From: Callorhinchus milii
Lineage: Eukaryota
Direction: 5' to 3'
Assembly (NCBI RefSeq): GCF_018977255.1
Contig: NW_024704743.1
Span: 37,326,001-37,390,000, forward strand
Length of the DNA stretch: 64,000 nt
Shown here: positions 24,706 through 38,599 of the stretch, in pieces
Layout of the letters: the number at the start of each line of letters is the position of its first letter
Position numbering within the stretch: the stretch's first letter is position 1
Notes under the pieces: model-generated
The model's database searches: none
What the model was told of the DNA's origin: nothing
Seen by the model: only the letters and a program-made list of their open reading frames with translations
Translations under genes and position numbers: made by a program

Positions 24706-25039
24706 GTGGAGTCCTGTAGCTCAGTGGTTAGAGCACTCGCTTTGCAAGTGAGAGACCTGAGTTCAATTCCAGGCAGAGCGAAACCTTGGGCAAGTTTCCT
24801 GACTCCACACAGAGCCTAATAATAATCCCTCCAAAACCCAAAACAATAATAAATTGTTCATTTTCAATCTACGTCTGTTTGTGGGACATTGCTGTGCGCA
24901 ATTGGCTGCCGCGTTCGCCCACAAATATACAGTCAATTCACTTTACAGTGTGTTCTGTGAAGCGCTTTGGGACGTCCTCCCAACGTGAAAAGCGCTGTAT
25001 CAAATGCAAGGATTATTATTATTATTGTTATTATTATTA
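24706..25039 (+). mobile_element. tRNA/Deu SINE, short type
   Basis: Near-identical to 2438-2760. Confidence 0.9.
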
Positions 25040-25254
25040 AATGTTTCTGAAACCCTCATCCATGCTTTCGTCACCTCATCGTGATTTGTCAAATGCACTC
25101 AACTGGTGTCTCCAGTTCCACCGACCACAAGGTCCAGCTAATAATTTGTAGCTACATCTTATCCTATACCAAACACTACACACCCATCACCCCAATACTT
25201 ACCAGGGTCCCATCACTGGGCTAAACAGTAATTTCAGTATTTTTTTTACAGGTG

Positions 25255-27303
25255 TTAAAGTTAAGGGTAATCGACATCCTAGCCCTCACTGAAACCTGGA
25301 TCACTCCAGGCAGCACCTTCCCCGATAGAGGCCATGCCACTTGGCTACAACTTCCATCATACCCCATGACCTAACTGCTGTGGTGGCGGTGTGGCTCTCA
25401 TCTCCCCGCTCGGCCTATCCCCTTAGTCCCCTGGAACCTTCACCTCCTTTGAGCACCTTACCCTTCATCACCCCTCCAATGTTTCCCTCAAAATTCTCCT
25501 TATCTATCACCTCCCCCCACCTTCATCCCCAACATCTCCACCCTCCTATCTTCCTTCTCTCTCTGTTTCAAACACCTCCTCACCCGAGGCAACTTCAACC
25601 TTCACTTCACCCCCTCCTGCTCTACCTTGCTGACTTCTCCCTTATCTCTTCCCTCAACCTCTCTTTCCACATCACCACCCACGTTTGCAGTCACCCCCTC
25701 GACCTGGTGATCACTCGGGGCCTCGCAGTCTCGGCATCAACAAAGCGATCTCGGACCATCACTTCATCTCCCTTAACTCCTCAATGCCTCTCCCCACCAC
25801 CACCCAACCCATCTCCATCTCCTACTGCCACTGGAAAAATATCTCCACCCCCCCCACCCTCTCAGTTGCCTTGGGAGTCCTCCGCAATGACGTATCCTCC
25901 TCAGTCACTCTTCTCCACAACTCCCTCTTCTCCACTCTCAATTCCCTCACTCCCCTCTCTTCCCGAACCTTCTCCTATTCAAGTAAGTTACCATGGTACA
26001 CTAGCACCCCCCCTCCCTTAAAGCACAGGTGCTTGCTGCTGAATGCACCTGACTTACATCAAACTTAACAGATCTGGCTGGACCTTATCAAATCTTACCG
26101 CTCCGCCCTCATCTCGCTAAATCATCGTTCTACTCCAAGACAATCTTGGAAGCAAAGGACAACCCCAGGCTCCTCTTCTCTATCACAAACCGGCTCCTCC
26201 ACCCACACTCTCACGCCTCACTCAATCTCACCTCAAATGCCAACTGTGAGGCGATGCTGGATTTCTGCGAATCCAAAGTCGAGGGGATTTGCTCAGCTGC
26301 CTCTGGCCTTCCGCCTGTTATACCCTCTCCATCTCCCCCTCCCAACACGGCCCCTACTCCCTCCACACCTTCGAACCTGCCTCTCACTCCTCTCACCACC
26401 ACCACCTGCATGAAACTGACCACCTGCTCCCTCGATCCCATCCTTATCCTCCTTCCTACCTCCTAGCTCCACCTCCTTGCCCCTCTACTCGGAGACATCA
26501 TAAACTTCTCCCTATCCACTGGTACTGTTCCCACCCCATTACAAACAGCGTTCATCACTCCTACCCTTAAAAAAACCCTCCCAGGACCCACCTCTATTCT
26601 GAAACTACTATTCCATCTCAAACTTCCCTTTCTTCTCCAAGGTCCTGGAACGAGTAATTGCTTCGCATTTTCGCACCTTCCTCTCCCGCCACTCCCTTTG
26701 TGAACCCCTCCAATCAGGTTTCCGTGCCACCCACAGCACAAAAACAGCCCTGGTCAAAGTGACAAATGACATTCTGTCCATCTGTGACCAGGGTTCCCTC
26801 TGCCTCCTTGACCACTCTGCTGTCTTCAACCCCGTCGAGCACTCTATCCTCATCCACCGCCTCTCTTCTCACCTGTATACGAACGACACCCAACTCTACC
26901 TCTCTGCCTCCACCCTGGATTCCAGGACCATTGTTGTCCTGACAGAATGTCTGTCAGACATCAAGTCCTGGATGAGAGCTAACTTTCTTCAGTTGAACAT
27001 CAACAAGACCGAGGCTCTCCTAATTGTCTCCCGTCAGCGCCTCCTCACCTCAGGCGCTAATAGCATCACCATCCATGGATGCACACTCCACCTTGCTAAG
27101 CCAGTCCGGAACCTTGGGGTCTTGTTTGACCCTCAACTACCCTTTCAACCCCACATCTGTGCCATGACCTGCTCTGCCATCCCCCACCTACGCAATTTCA
27201 CCCAGCTCCGCCACTGTCTCACTCTGCAGCACTCTGAAACCCCTCATACACGCCTTCATTACGTTGAGACTCTATGCAAACTCCTTGCTTGTCGGCCTCC
27301 CCC
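25255..27303 (+). mobile_element. Degraded L2 LINE (APE endonuclease to RT)
   Basis: IDILALTETW at 25270; KDNPRLLF; LVKVTNDIL; LYTNDTQLYL; multiple frameshifts. Confidence 0.85.
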
Positions 27304-27305
27304 CA

Positions 27306-28510
27306 TACAACAACAAAATTACATTCATAGAGCACCTTTCGCATTGGGAGAACGTCCCAAGGCGCTAGACAGTCAGGGGTGAGGACCCGAGCATGGGGGA
27401 GGGGTGGCGTAGGGGTGAGGGAAGGCAGAGAGGTGGGAGGGCCACTGAAGGCACGATCGAAAAGGAGGGTCTTGAGACTGGCCTTGAAGGAGGCAATGGA
27501 GGAAGCGATGCGAAGGGACTGTGGGATGGAATTCCAGAGTGTGGAGCAGCAAGGTTGAAAGCTCGGCCACCGATTGTAGGGAGGGAGACATGGAGCAGGC
27601 CGGAGTCCACTGAATGGAGGGAGCGGGCAAGTTGGTAGTGAGTCAGCATGTCAGAGAGATAAGAGGGGGCAAGGTCGTGGATGGCCTTGAAAGCGAGGAT
27701 GAGGATCTTGAATTTGATCCTGAGGGATGGGGGGGGGGGCAGTGGAGTCGGGCGAGGGTGGGAGTGATGGGGTCACGGAGCCTGGTGCGTGAGAGTATAC
27801 AAGCTGCAGAGCTTTGGATGATCTGCAACTTGTGAAGGGAAGAGTTGGGAAGGCCGATGAGGAGTGCATTTCCATAATCGAGCCTTGATGCGACGAATGA
27901 GTGGGTGAGGGTTTCGGCAGCCTGAGGGGTGAGGCAGTGGCAGAGTCTGGGCAATGTTGCGGAGGTGGTGGTAGGCAGTGCCGGTCATGGTGTGGATGTG
28001 GGGGAGAAAGGACAGTTCGGGGTCAACCGAAAAACCCAGGTTCCTGACTGGCTCAGTGAGGTTGAGTGTGCAGCTGTGGAGGCTGATGCTGCCAGCGCCT
28101 GAGGTGCGGAGGCGTTGGCGCGAGTCAATCAGGAGGGTCTCAGTCTTGCTGACGTTCAGTTGGAGAAAGTTGTCCCTCATCCAGGACTTGATGTCGGACA
28201 GGCAGTCGGTCAAGACGCCAGTAGTCCTGGAGTTGAAGGTGGAGGCAGAGAGATAGCGTTGGGTGTTATCCGCATACATGTGGAAATTTACCCCATATCT
28301 GTGGATAATGTCACCAAGCATGTAGAGGGTGAAGAGGAGGGGACCAAGGACAGAGCCCTGAGGAATCCCGAACAAGACAGCACGGGGGCTGGAGGAGAAG
28401 TTGTATGCAGAGACGAAGTGGAGGCGGTGTGAAAGGTAGGACCTGAACCTGTTAAGGACAAAACCTTGAAAGCTGAGGTGGGAGGAGAGGTGGTGGAGGA
28501 GGATAGCCAT
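27306..28510 (-). mobile_element. L2 LINE 3' portion (RT)
   Basis: GIPQGSVLGPLLFTLY and FHMYADNTQ; own terminal tail at 27306. Confidence 0.9.
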
Positions 28511-28511
28511 A

Positions 28512-29018
28512 GGCTGCAGATCATCTAGAACTCTGCAGCCCGTGTCCTCTCCTGCACCAGGCTCCGTGACCCTATCACCCCCATCCTCTCCCGACTCCAC
28601 TGGCTTCCCATCACACAGAGGATACAGTTCCAAGATCACCTTCAAAGCCCTCCATGGTCTTGCTCCCCCCTACCTCTGCAACCTTCTAACCCCCTATCAT
28701 CCTGCTCGCCCCCTCTGCTCAGCAGGCTCCGGCTTGCTTCACATCCCCTGCCTTGCTCACCACACTATTGGTGGACAGACTTCTCCCATCCTCTGGAACG
28801 CCATCCTTCAGTCCCTCCGCCTCGCCCCCTCCCTCGCCACCTTCAAGACCCACCTCAATACCTTCCTCTTTGACCATGCTTTCGATCTCCCTGCTTCCCC
28901 TTCGCCCTCCACCCTTCCCGATCCCAACCCCCAGCTCGGGTCCGAAACTCTTGTACAGTGCCTTGGGATGTCCTCCCGATGTAAAAGGCGCTGTACAAAT
29001 GTAATTCTATTGTTGTTG
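28512..29018 (+). mobile_element. L2 LINE 3' fragment
   Basis: ITFKALHGLAPPYL...LWNAI; terminal stem-loop and TTGTTG. Confidence 0.85.
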
Positions 29019-31001
29019 GAAATAATGTTGACCCTTCAGTACATAGAAACCTTGTACTTTTCGCCTCAGATAAAAATAAAAAGTCACAAGCATATGGGCA
29101 ATTAGAATTAACTCAGTGAATAAGTGTACACTGCAAATAAAGCCAGTATGAGTTTGTCTGAGTGAGGTTTAATAGGCCCCAGTACTCCCAAGTTAACTAT
29201 TAATGTATACAATTTTTAAACATTAAGTTTGCAGCTGGGCCACTAGGTGGCAAATTCTATTTCAGAAAAAGGTAAGCAAATTGAGAGTAGGGATCCAGTT
29301 CTTATTATCATTTGCTGGATCAGTCTGTGTGGGAACTGAAGTAGGTTACTAACGGTGCTAATATTTTACATTAATTACTACAGCTTGTAGAGTCTAATAA
29401 ATTTCCCATAATCTCTAAAGGACTGAAATACTAAGAATTGTGGGCAGGTCAAGCTCAAGATATTGTCCATTGAAATTAATGTACTGTTGATATTTAGTCT
29501 TAATTCAGAGTTCAATACCATTACATCTCCATTTAATCTTCTGGTTTGTAAGATTGTAAGTGCTCACTTCAATTATTGATGTTCTGCATCATAGAAAGAA
29601 ATCAACATAGCAGGAATTCCCGTTGAAGAGGATCAACCGACCAAAGAACAATCACTTGGCTTTAATTTAGCAGCATAAGTGATTTTCCCTGCTCGGCATC
29701 AAACTATGCCATTATTTAGATGCAACACTGCGTCAAGTGTGCCATGTAAATGCAAGTTCTTGTTGGTCCTTTTGTCTTACCAGCCATACCATTCTGCCAT
29801 ATATCTTAATACTTTAAATCTTATTATGCCATCATTAACACTATTACTAGCTGCAGTCAGGGTGTGAGTTTCTTTACTAATTGTATGGGATATAAACATG
29901 CTCTCCAATTCTAATTTGCTAAAAGAAACATGTCCATAAAGCTCTAAGTGACTGGCAGGAGCTAGAATACTACAATTGGCCTTAATACTCCACGGTAGGG
30001 AGTGGGGAAGAGTAGTATGTACGGTTCCTGCTCCAGACTGCTGTCGAAAGACCATTGTTAAAAATAATACGTGTAGGCACCCAAGGACGGATTCACGTTC
30101 ATTCGCACACAAAATGTAATTAGATTAGCTTAAGTGAAAATGTGGAGGTCAATGAGCAGGCAATTTCAATGAAGAGCATTTTGCAGTTTATGGTACCTCA
30201 ACAAGCTACTTTAGGCATACAAATGCAAAATTGCAATTAATCCAGCAAGTGTGGAATTTAGAGTGAAGATATCAACGGAACAGAAGATTTACTGGTAATT
30301 AGTTACCAAGCAATGTTAAAAATTTTCCTCAGGAAATGTGTGGCAGCACAAAGATGACCTCTCTGTATGTATAGTTGTAATCTTCAATTCTATTCCTAGA
30401 CATATTCTTCTAGGTCTTTAATTATCTTAGGACAACATCAACCATTTTAGATGAGCATCTATTTATGACGACTATATGAAAATAATTCCTTTTGATCTCC
30501 AATCTTGTTGGGATTCATTACATTTTATACTCGTCTCCTTCAGCAGGGTCTCCTCGGAACTGAACTAAATCCAAGGTGACATACTGGCTCTGGAGTTTTA
30601 GAACAGTCAATCCTTTATGGTTCATGAGCCAAGGGAAGTCTACAGTATTCTAAACCAGTGATAGTGACAGGGTTCGTCAGCAGGACTTGAGGGACAAACC
30701 GGGCAGAAGGGCAGGGATTCTTGCCACTGGGCTTCTATTAACAGTCCAAGCCAAAGCCCTAAGCAACCTGGTTCCAAGCAGATCTTTCTCTCTCCCCCCC
30801 TCCCCCTCCAGTAAACAGTTGAGCTAATTTGCAACAAACTGGAGAATCTAATACAATCTAAATTTATAATGCATTTTCATGTTGGGATAATGTCCTAGGG
30901 GGGCAATTAGATGACTGAACACTAATCATTGCCTGGCTCCATAGCTTGATATCTCAGCAAATACTATATTACAAGTCTCTCATCTATTACAGCTTCAAAG
31001 A

Positions 31002-31310
31002 GGAGTCCTGCAGCTCAGTGGTTAGAGCACTCGCTTTCCAAGTGAGAGACCTGAGTTCAATTCCAGGCATGGCGAAACCTTGGGCAAGTTTCCTTATTCC
31101 ACACGCCTAATAATAATCCCTCCAAAACAAAAAACAATAATAAATTGGTCATTTTCAATCTACGACTGTTTGTGGGACATTGCTGTGCGCAATTGGCTGC
31201 CGCGTTCGCCCACAAATATAGTCAATTCACTTTACAGTGTGTTCTGTGAAGCGCTTTGGGATGCCCGCCCGACGTGAAAAGTGCTATATCAAATGCAAGG
31301 ATTATTATTA
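31002..31310 (+). mobile_element. tRNA/Deu SINE, short type
   Basis: Same head, core and tail as the other copies. Confidence 0.9.
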
Positions 31311-32261
31311 AAGACAGGCATACCTCTCTTTGAAGAGTTCATGAGTGGATCATGCTACACTTGAAAAATATTTATAGAATAAACTGACCAACCAAATGAT
31401 TAAATCAACCACGAAACATTCACGGAGGATAAGTGAATGAATTAATAGAAGCATAGATTTAGGATTGGCTTGATCATTCTAAACCTCTGGCTTATGGTGA
31501 TTAACTCTGATCCCTACAGTCAATGCACTAGACATGCTATTTTAAAAAGCCAACATTTGAAGAGTTATTGCGGTACTGAGCTCTTCACTTAGTTCTTAAA
31601 GTTCTTAGTTCTTCACTAAGTCTCTTGGAGCAAGTGGCAGATTCAAATCGTTGGCTAGAGTTTTAGGTAGCCTTAAGAGTAGTAGAGTGATTTTATTTAG
31701 AAGAAATATTATTCAGAGAATAGGATAGCCTTGTGCTATAATTTGTAGGAAGGTCCCAGTCTCCCTTTGATACCCAAATAAATATTTCATAACCAAAAGT
31801 TATTAAGGTACAGAAATATGTTAACAATTGCATTTATATTGCACCTTTCACATCAAGAGGACATCCCACGTGAAATTATTAAATTATGTGGCCAGTAAGG
31901 GTTTGAGAGAACCATTGAGGAAAGACTAGAAATTCTGAGAATTAGAGAACAGTCTTCTATTTCCATCTCCAGAAATGGTTTATCTTGGGACGTCACAATA
32001 GCCTAAACTAAATGTTTTTGCTATTTGGTGTGGTAGTTAGCCATAGAAGTAAGGAAAACCCCAAGTTTGCTGTTTTCAGCCAAGGCAACAGCTTGAGGCA
32101 TATAATTTATCATGTAGGCTCAGGAAGGAGGTAAAACAAATCAGCCAAGATTTCTGCTTCCGATTGCAAATGCATCACCATATCACTATTTATTCTGCTT
32201 TAATAATTATATTAAATAAGTCTAAATAAATATAGCTAAGCAAGCTCTGATTTATACATAC

Positions 32262-32427
32262 CTCAACTGAATTCCATGTGCTGTATGTTAATGTTCCAGA
32301 CATAATGTAATCCACTACGTAAAATATCAGTAGACCCACAATTAACACTGGGCTTACGAAAGTCCAGGTAATCACCCAGTACCAGTTTGGCTTGTGTCCT
32401 ATCATCATTTCAATATCATTCCGGAAT
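32262..32427 (-). CDS. SLC6A20: SIT1 exon 10
   Basis: tttacag|A...GAG|gtatgt; (R)FRNDIEMMIGHKPNWYWVITWTFVSPVLIVGLLIFYVVDYIMSGTLTYSTWNSVE. Confidence 0.95.
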
Positions 32428-32820
32428 CTGTAAAAAAAAAAAACAGTTTATAATTAGTTACCATTCTAACAGCACATAATGCAAATACTTAAAATCTCAA
32501 TTGTAATCATTTACAGAATGAAGCATATTGGGGAACCAAGGCTTAGGGATCCCAGAGTGTACGTGGCATTCCATTGCCAGTCATGTCAGCTTCAAAAAAC
32601 AACTCAGCCCCAAAGGGAATACTTCTCCAAGGAGAATAAGTCCTGAGTTGGTCAGAATGAAGAGGTCTCAATGCCTGGTTTGGCATCATACCATAATGGG
32701 TGACAATTTTAGTAATGCTAAATTAGCTTATTAAACCCCTGAATTATATCAGGACACACTATCTCCACATAACATTCAGTTGGAAATAAAATTGATGTAC
32801 TCTGGCTCTTATGCTTTTAT

Positions 32821-33254
32821 TCGAATTCAAGATCCTCATCCTCACCTACAAGGCCATTCACGGCCTTGCTCCCTCCTGCCTCTCTGATCTACTATACCCC
32901 TACTTGCCTGCCCGTACCCTCCGTTCCTCTGGCTCCGGTCTGCTCCACATCCCCCGCCCCAACCGCCCTACCATCGGTGGCCGGGCCTTCAGCCTCTCAG
33001 TCCCGAGGCTCTGGAACTCCATCCCCAGTGCCTTCGCCGCTTCCTCCCTTTCCTCCTTCAAGGCCGGTCTCCAGACCTTTCTCTTTGACCGTGCCTTCAG
33101 CTCCCCTCTCGACTCTCTACCCCCTCCTCGCTCGCTCCCTTCCCTCCCCTCACCCTGACCATTTCCCCCCTGCTCGGGTCCTGACCCAACTGCACAGCGC
33201 CTTGGGACGTCCTCCCGACGTGAAAGGCGCTCTATAAATGGAATCTTCTTGTTG
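32821..33254 (+). mobile_element. Young L2 3' fragment
   Basis: FKILILTYKAIHGLAP...PTIGGRAFS; very similar to the copies at 16586 and 61947. Confidence 0.9.
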
Positions 33255-33539
33255 ATATTAATCGTCTGCATTGGAATGGGACACTTGTCATCTGTCCAGA
33301 GTGGTTTTGCAAATGAGCAAATAGTTGGGAAGTAAAATATTGCTCTATTATGGGTGTACACAAAATCAAAAAGTACAGTTAATTCTAATTTGACCGCTCA
33401 AATAAGGTCAGTAAAATGGAGTACAAATTCTATGAACAAGTTTGAAGTGGTCGATTAATTTCCTGAATTAGGAGTAATTTGGCCTGCACTGGAACTCATT
33501 TAGATGAGTTAAAAATAAAAACTGCATATTATTATAACA

Positions 33540-33905
33540 TAATAATCCTCGCATTTGATATATCGCCTTATCACGTCTTCAAGATGTCTCGAAGAGCTTC
33601 ACAGAATATACTGCAAAGTGAATTGACTGTATATTTTGTGGGCGAAACGTGGCAGCCAATTGCGCTCAGCAGTGTCCCACAAACAGTCTTGGATTACTTG
33701 ACTTTTTAAAAAAAAAAAAGGGGATTATAACCCCTGGAAAAGCAATCTACCAATTGACTAACAACCGGGTTCTTACTTACTGCTAGGTAAACAGAAGTGT
33801 GTGGAGTAAGGAAACTTGCCCAATGTTTCACTTTGCACAGGAATTAAACCCAGGTCCTCTTGCTTATTAGGCGAATGCTCTAACCACTAAGCCACAGGAC
33901 TCCAC
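33540..33905 (-). mobile_element. tRNA/Deu SINE, long/older type
   Basis: Reverse complement of the SINE head and core, plus an extra central segment. Confidence 0.85.
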
Positions 33906-35250
33906 ATATTATCTGGACAGTGAAGTTTGGAAAGAAATCTGAAGGAAAAGTGGTACTCTTTCTTTAATGGTAATGAAACAGAGCAACATAAGAGTTAATG
34001 TGGGAGTAATCTCTGGAGATTTTCTCCCGATTTATACTAAATTGTGAAAAATTCACAATTGTTCTGCTCAGAACAATCAATGGCTGTTCCACCTCAAAAT
34101 GACTCATGCACAAGAGCCAAACTTGGCACCACTTCAAGTAAGCACTAAAGGCAAACACTGCTTTTTGAATTAGTTCACCGTGGGAGGGTCTGAACTTGAA
34201 ATTGACACCTTGCCAAAAAGTGTCTACATTGGTTTTGAAATAGAGGCTGTATTTTTCCATGGTTTAACTTTGTTGCATAGTCTCAAACAGACAGTTCCAG
34301 AAATGTATGGGAAAACAGTGCTGTACTTAACTTCCATTCTATTGTAAAGATTGATAAATAAAAATTGGAAGATAAAAGTTCATAATAAGAAAGGAAGTAG
34401 GCATTTAATCCAATTTACAAAATCAATCAGGGAGAAAAATCTATTTATAACCCAAGATCTTCTCTGTGGAATGGTTATAAAAGGAATGTCAGTATTACAA
34501 ATGGAGGATAGGGGCCTAATCTTCAAAAGTCTGATAGAATTTTTGTTTACCCACAAACAAAAGTCACTCCACTTTGCAACACTGTGAAACATCCTCCTCA
34601 TGTGAAAGGCGCTGCACTGAAATATAAGAATTAATGTAATGTCAGGTCATGACATTACTTATATGCAGAAAGTCTCATTAAAACTCAAGTTTCAATCCTT
34701 GTTATAGCAGACACACAAAAAAAAGTTGTGCATGAAAGGAAAAAAACTTCTAGTATAATCACAACTGGGAAATAGATGAATTTGTTCATGGAAGACCCTA
34801 TTGCTTTTAATCCTTCATTTTTCACTGAGGAGTTCAACTGTGCATCAATAAGATCAGGAAATAATGTTTAAATATCAAATGGGCAGAAACAGCTCCTCCC
34901 TTCATTAAAACTACCCTAAGGATGGGATAGAAGAGATTAAGAAATTAGAGTAGTTATAAACCAAGTAAAATGTCCCCTATATTTAGCTGAAAAAACAAAT
35001 TTCTGGTCATTTTGTTTTGTGCTTGCACTTAAATATATGGGGTGGGCACAAGGAAGAGGAAAATAGGGCAAAACGAGTCTTATACATGAAGCGTTTGAGC
35101 ATATAGAACACTGAAACATAATGTATACCTCAACAAACTATTCAGTACAACAGCTATGAGCCTTGGTGAGGGATGACATACTACAAAGGAACTAGAATTC
35201 TTCCTGTAAAACCATTAGTTGGTGAAAGATCACAAAAAAAATTCACTTAC

Positions 35251-35410
35251 CTCCTGATTCCATGGACGTAGCAGATGCCTATAACTTCAACTAAGACTAT
35301 CAGCAACAGAGTCAAAGTGGCTGCATAATCGTTGAATATAGAAAACCAGTAGTTTCCCGAACCAATGTTAAAAACAAGTCCAATCAAACAAGCTAGAAGG
35401 CATACAATCC
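35251..35410 (-). CDS. SLC6A20: SIT1 exon 9
   Basis: (G)IVCLLACLIGLVFNIGSGNYWFSIFNDYAATLTLLLIVLVEVIGICYVHGIR; ag/gtaagt boundaries. Confidence 0.95.
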
Positions 35411-36202
35411 CTGTAATAGAAAAAACACACACACTGGCTTAATGTATGGAAAACAACTTAAAAAGTAGCTACCAGCTGATATGCCATGACTCCCATTACA
35501 AACACATTGCTTAAAACTGAGGAGAAACCATAGAAAAACTTTACAGTATAAACGTATAACCTCTGGTTTGAATGGTGACTGAGTTATACAATTTGTGATC
35601 CTATTTAATGACATCATTCCAATTTATAACCAACATGAAAAGCAGTTCATCCTAAAAGTGTTGGGAGAGTTCACCAAGGTGACAAATGACAAAATTACTG
35701 AAAAAGTAATTGGAGAAGCACAATTACTCAAAAATGGGCTCGAAATGAGTCCAACAGACAGGAACAGAAGAGTGAACAACTTTTTTTAAAAAAGTCAACT
35801 GTTTCTTCTCCCGAGCGTGTGAAGAAGCTTCTGGAGAATCTGCAGCGCATTCTGTATTATGTCTGTAACCTCCTCAAAGTAAAGGATAGTGGCATAAAAC
35901 TGAATAATTTACACCAGGAAACGTATCGGCAAAGGTGTCCGTGGCGGACAAACAAAAGTTAGCAAGTTGATTACTCTTTAAAAAGTTCTTGAATGTTCAC
36001 CATGAGTTACTCACCAATAAAAAATTTGCCACTTTTTTTGTTAATTCAGTTTTGTACCCATTATTACTAATGATACAACCATTTGCTCCTTGGATAAAGT
36101 TTCACTTCAGGACCTGCTTTTTCAGAACGGCCTTAATCAAAATGCTGATTCGCAAGTGATGCATATGATTCTAAGCAGCAGTAAGAAAACATCATGCAAC
36201 AT

Positions 36203-36398
36203 GAGGGGATTCTCCAATCGGTAAATTTAATGATCTGGTGAGAGAGCGCATTTTATTCTCAACTGGTCGATACATTTACCAACCTAGGTAGTTTGAGCTT
36301 ATAATGGATAAGTTCCATTCCAAGCGCACGCTACCAAACAGCTAACGGAAATCAGACAGATTATCCCTCCATTTACTGACCAGCGGAGAATCACCCTT
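36203..36398. mobile_element. Possible diverged MITE
   Basis: Imperfect TIRs GAGGGGATTCTCC...GGAGAATCACCCTT. Confidence 0.4.
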
Positions 36399-37989
36399 AA
36401 AATGTCCTTTCTGTAATATATACCTCACTGTTACATTCCTTTGCATGGCTCTCAAAGCAAAGGGTGCATTTCTGATATACAAGTTAACATATAAACTGGG
36501 GCAAAGTCAACTGATTTACTTTCACGAGATATCGGGCACATCGATATTTTGCCTTCTTTCCATTATGGAGATTATATTGCTGTAATAAAACAATAAACAA
36601 ACAAAGTCAGTTGTGAAAGACTGCACACAGTGGGTTTGTTTTTGTTCCCCTCAATGTTAGTTAAGTGGAAGATGTGTTACTTCCTGGCTGTGGATGGCAG
36701 AATATAAATAAATGTGACCCATTAACATCAGACAGGTCAGGTGGGGCAGGGCCAGGCCAGAGATGGAAGAAGGGGGTAGGAGGGGAAAGCCTCACTAAAA
36801 TGAAGATCCCACCCTGTGGTGTAAAGGGACTACATGGTCTGAGGGTTATCTTTCCCTGTGCTCTGAGCGAGGAAACTGTTTTTGGGTGGACTTGAACGGT
36901 TGTTTTGGATCCCAGAAAATTCAAATGGGACAACATTTAAACTCTTCCAAAATTTCTGAACATAAAGCAGTTCTGAATGGCACAGTTTACAAATTAATGA
37001 AAAGTTGAAGTCCCAATTTTATCCCGCACCCATCTCCCCACAATTTTTCCTTCCAAAATCAGATAAAATCTGACAAATACTCAGCAGTGTGGCGTCACAA
37101 CGTGCTGCAATGGCAATTTCCCATATGGCAAGTTCCCGATCTTGACCATGCTGGCCGGGGAGGCACTGAGAGAAGAAAAACAAAACAAAAGGCATGTGAG
37201 TCACCCTTGGCTGTTGTTGTGCACCTCCTAGCAGCTGGCTCAAAAGCACCATAGCACCACTGGCAGAGGCCTAGCCTAGGAGCAGGTTGCCTATCCACGG
37301 TCTTCATCATGAAGTGTGGCATGGGGGAACCGGGAAGATGACTAAAAAGGAGGGGAAGGAAAAAAATTAGAAAAAGAAAACAATGACACTGATCACCAAG
37401 GCAGAATTTGAACATGTGGAGTCAAGTATGTCTGTTGTCAGCGCAAGTTCAGAAGTATCAAAATACACCTTTTGAAAATGCAAGCAGACAGGGACTAGGT
37501 TAATACAGTGCATTAGCACTATACTCTTACTTTATTATAATTTGTTTCAATGCAGTCCAGACTGATGGGATGAAAGTCTCCTCTCTCTCCGCTGGCTGAA
37601 ATGGTCCTACATGATATACTTTGGGGCAATCTCAACCCAGTTCCTAGAGGGTGTGAGTCCTTAACGCAAAACTGAACACCATTAGACACTAAATGGTAAT
37701 AAATGTTCAATTTCACTCAGAGAAGTAAGGATTGGTGATGCGGGCAGTGGAAGAAATCATGCAAGTGCAATGGGGGGGATGGGGTGCCCCTCTGGGTTGG
37801 GGTTAAGGCACATTGTTGGAGCAGAGTAGAGGGAGCTTTACTCTGCCCCTGGTCTATGTTACACCCACCCAGGGAGTGCTCAAGGCTGAGACTAGCTGCA
37901 AAACGTGGAAAAGTGTTCCATTCTCCAGCACTGATAGCCCTCACACCTTGGTGAGGCACAGAAAGAAAGTGTAAGCTAATCAGCCTTAC

Positions 37990-38197
37990 CCGTCATGACC
38001 TCTTTTGGCATATGTTTTGAAATGATCTTCATGTCACTGAGAGGAGTGATAACTCCCGCTGTATTTCCCACCATGCTACCAATTCCCAACATCAACAGCA
38101 TTGAAAAGTACAAAACGGACCAGATTTGGGACGGTCCAGGCATGTTCACAATTGCTTCAGTGAAGACTATAAATGAAAGTCCAGTGCCTTCAGCAGC
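37990..38197 (-). CDS. SLC6A20: SIT1 exon 8
   Basis: [69 protein letters not shown]. Confidence 0.95.
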
Positions 38198-38599
38198 CTA
38201 GGAGAAAAATAAAAACCTCACAATAAAACGACGACGAGATGAAACGTCCCCTGAATTAATTGTTAACCTCCAAGTCCCGAAATCATTAAACCTCATCTGT
38301 AAGATGCTGGTGAACCAGGCTTAGATACACGTGGTTTTGTGCTTCAGACTAATTATATTGCTGTGAAGAAGCATCAAAAAGGAAAATAAGAATTGCCCTG
38401 AAATGAATTTGCTAATGGGCAAACCAATGAGTGGATACAACATAAATTATTCATTCTTCTGTAATAGCCAATTGCAAAAATACTGAGGCAAACTTTACAT
38501 TAGAAAGGAACTCATAAATTACGGTTATAATTAAGGTTACAATACAGAACCTCGACACCCTGTTCGACCCTCCACTGTCCTTCACCCCCCCCCACATCC

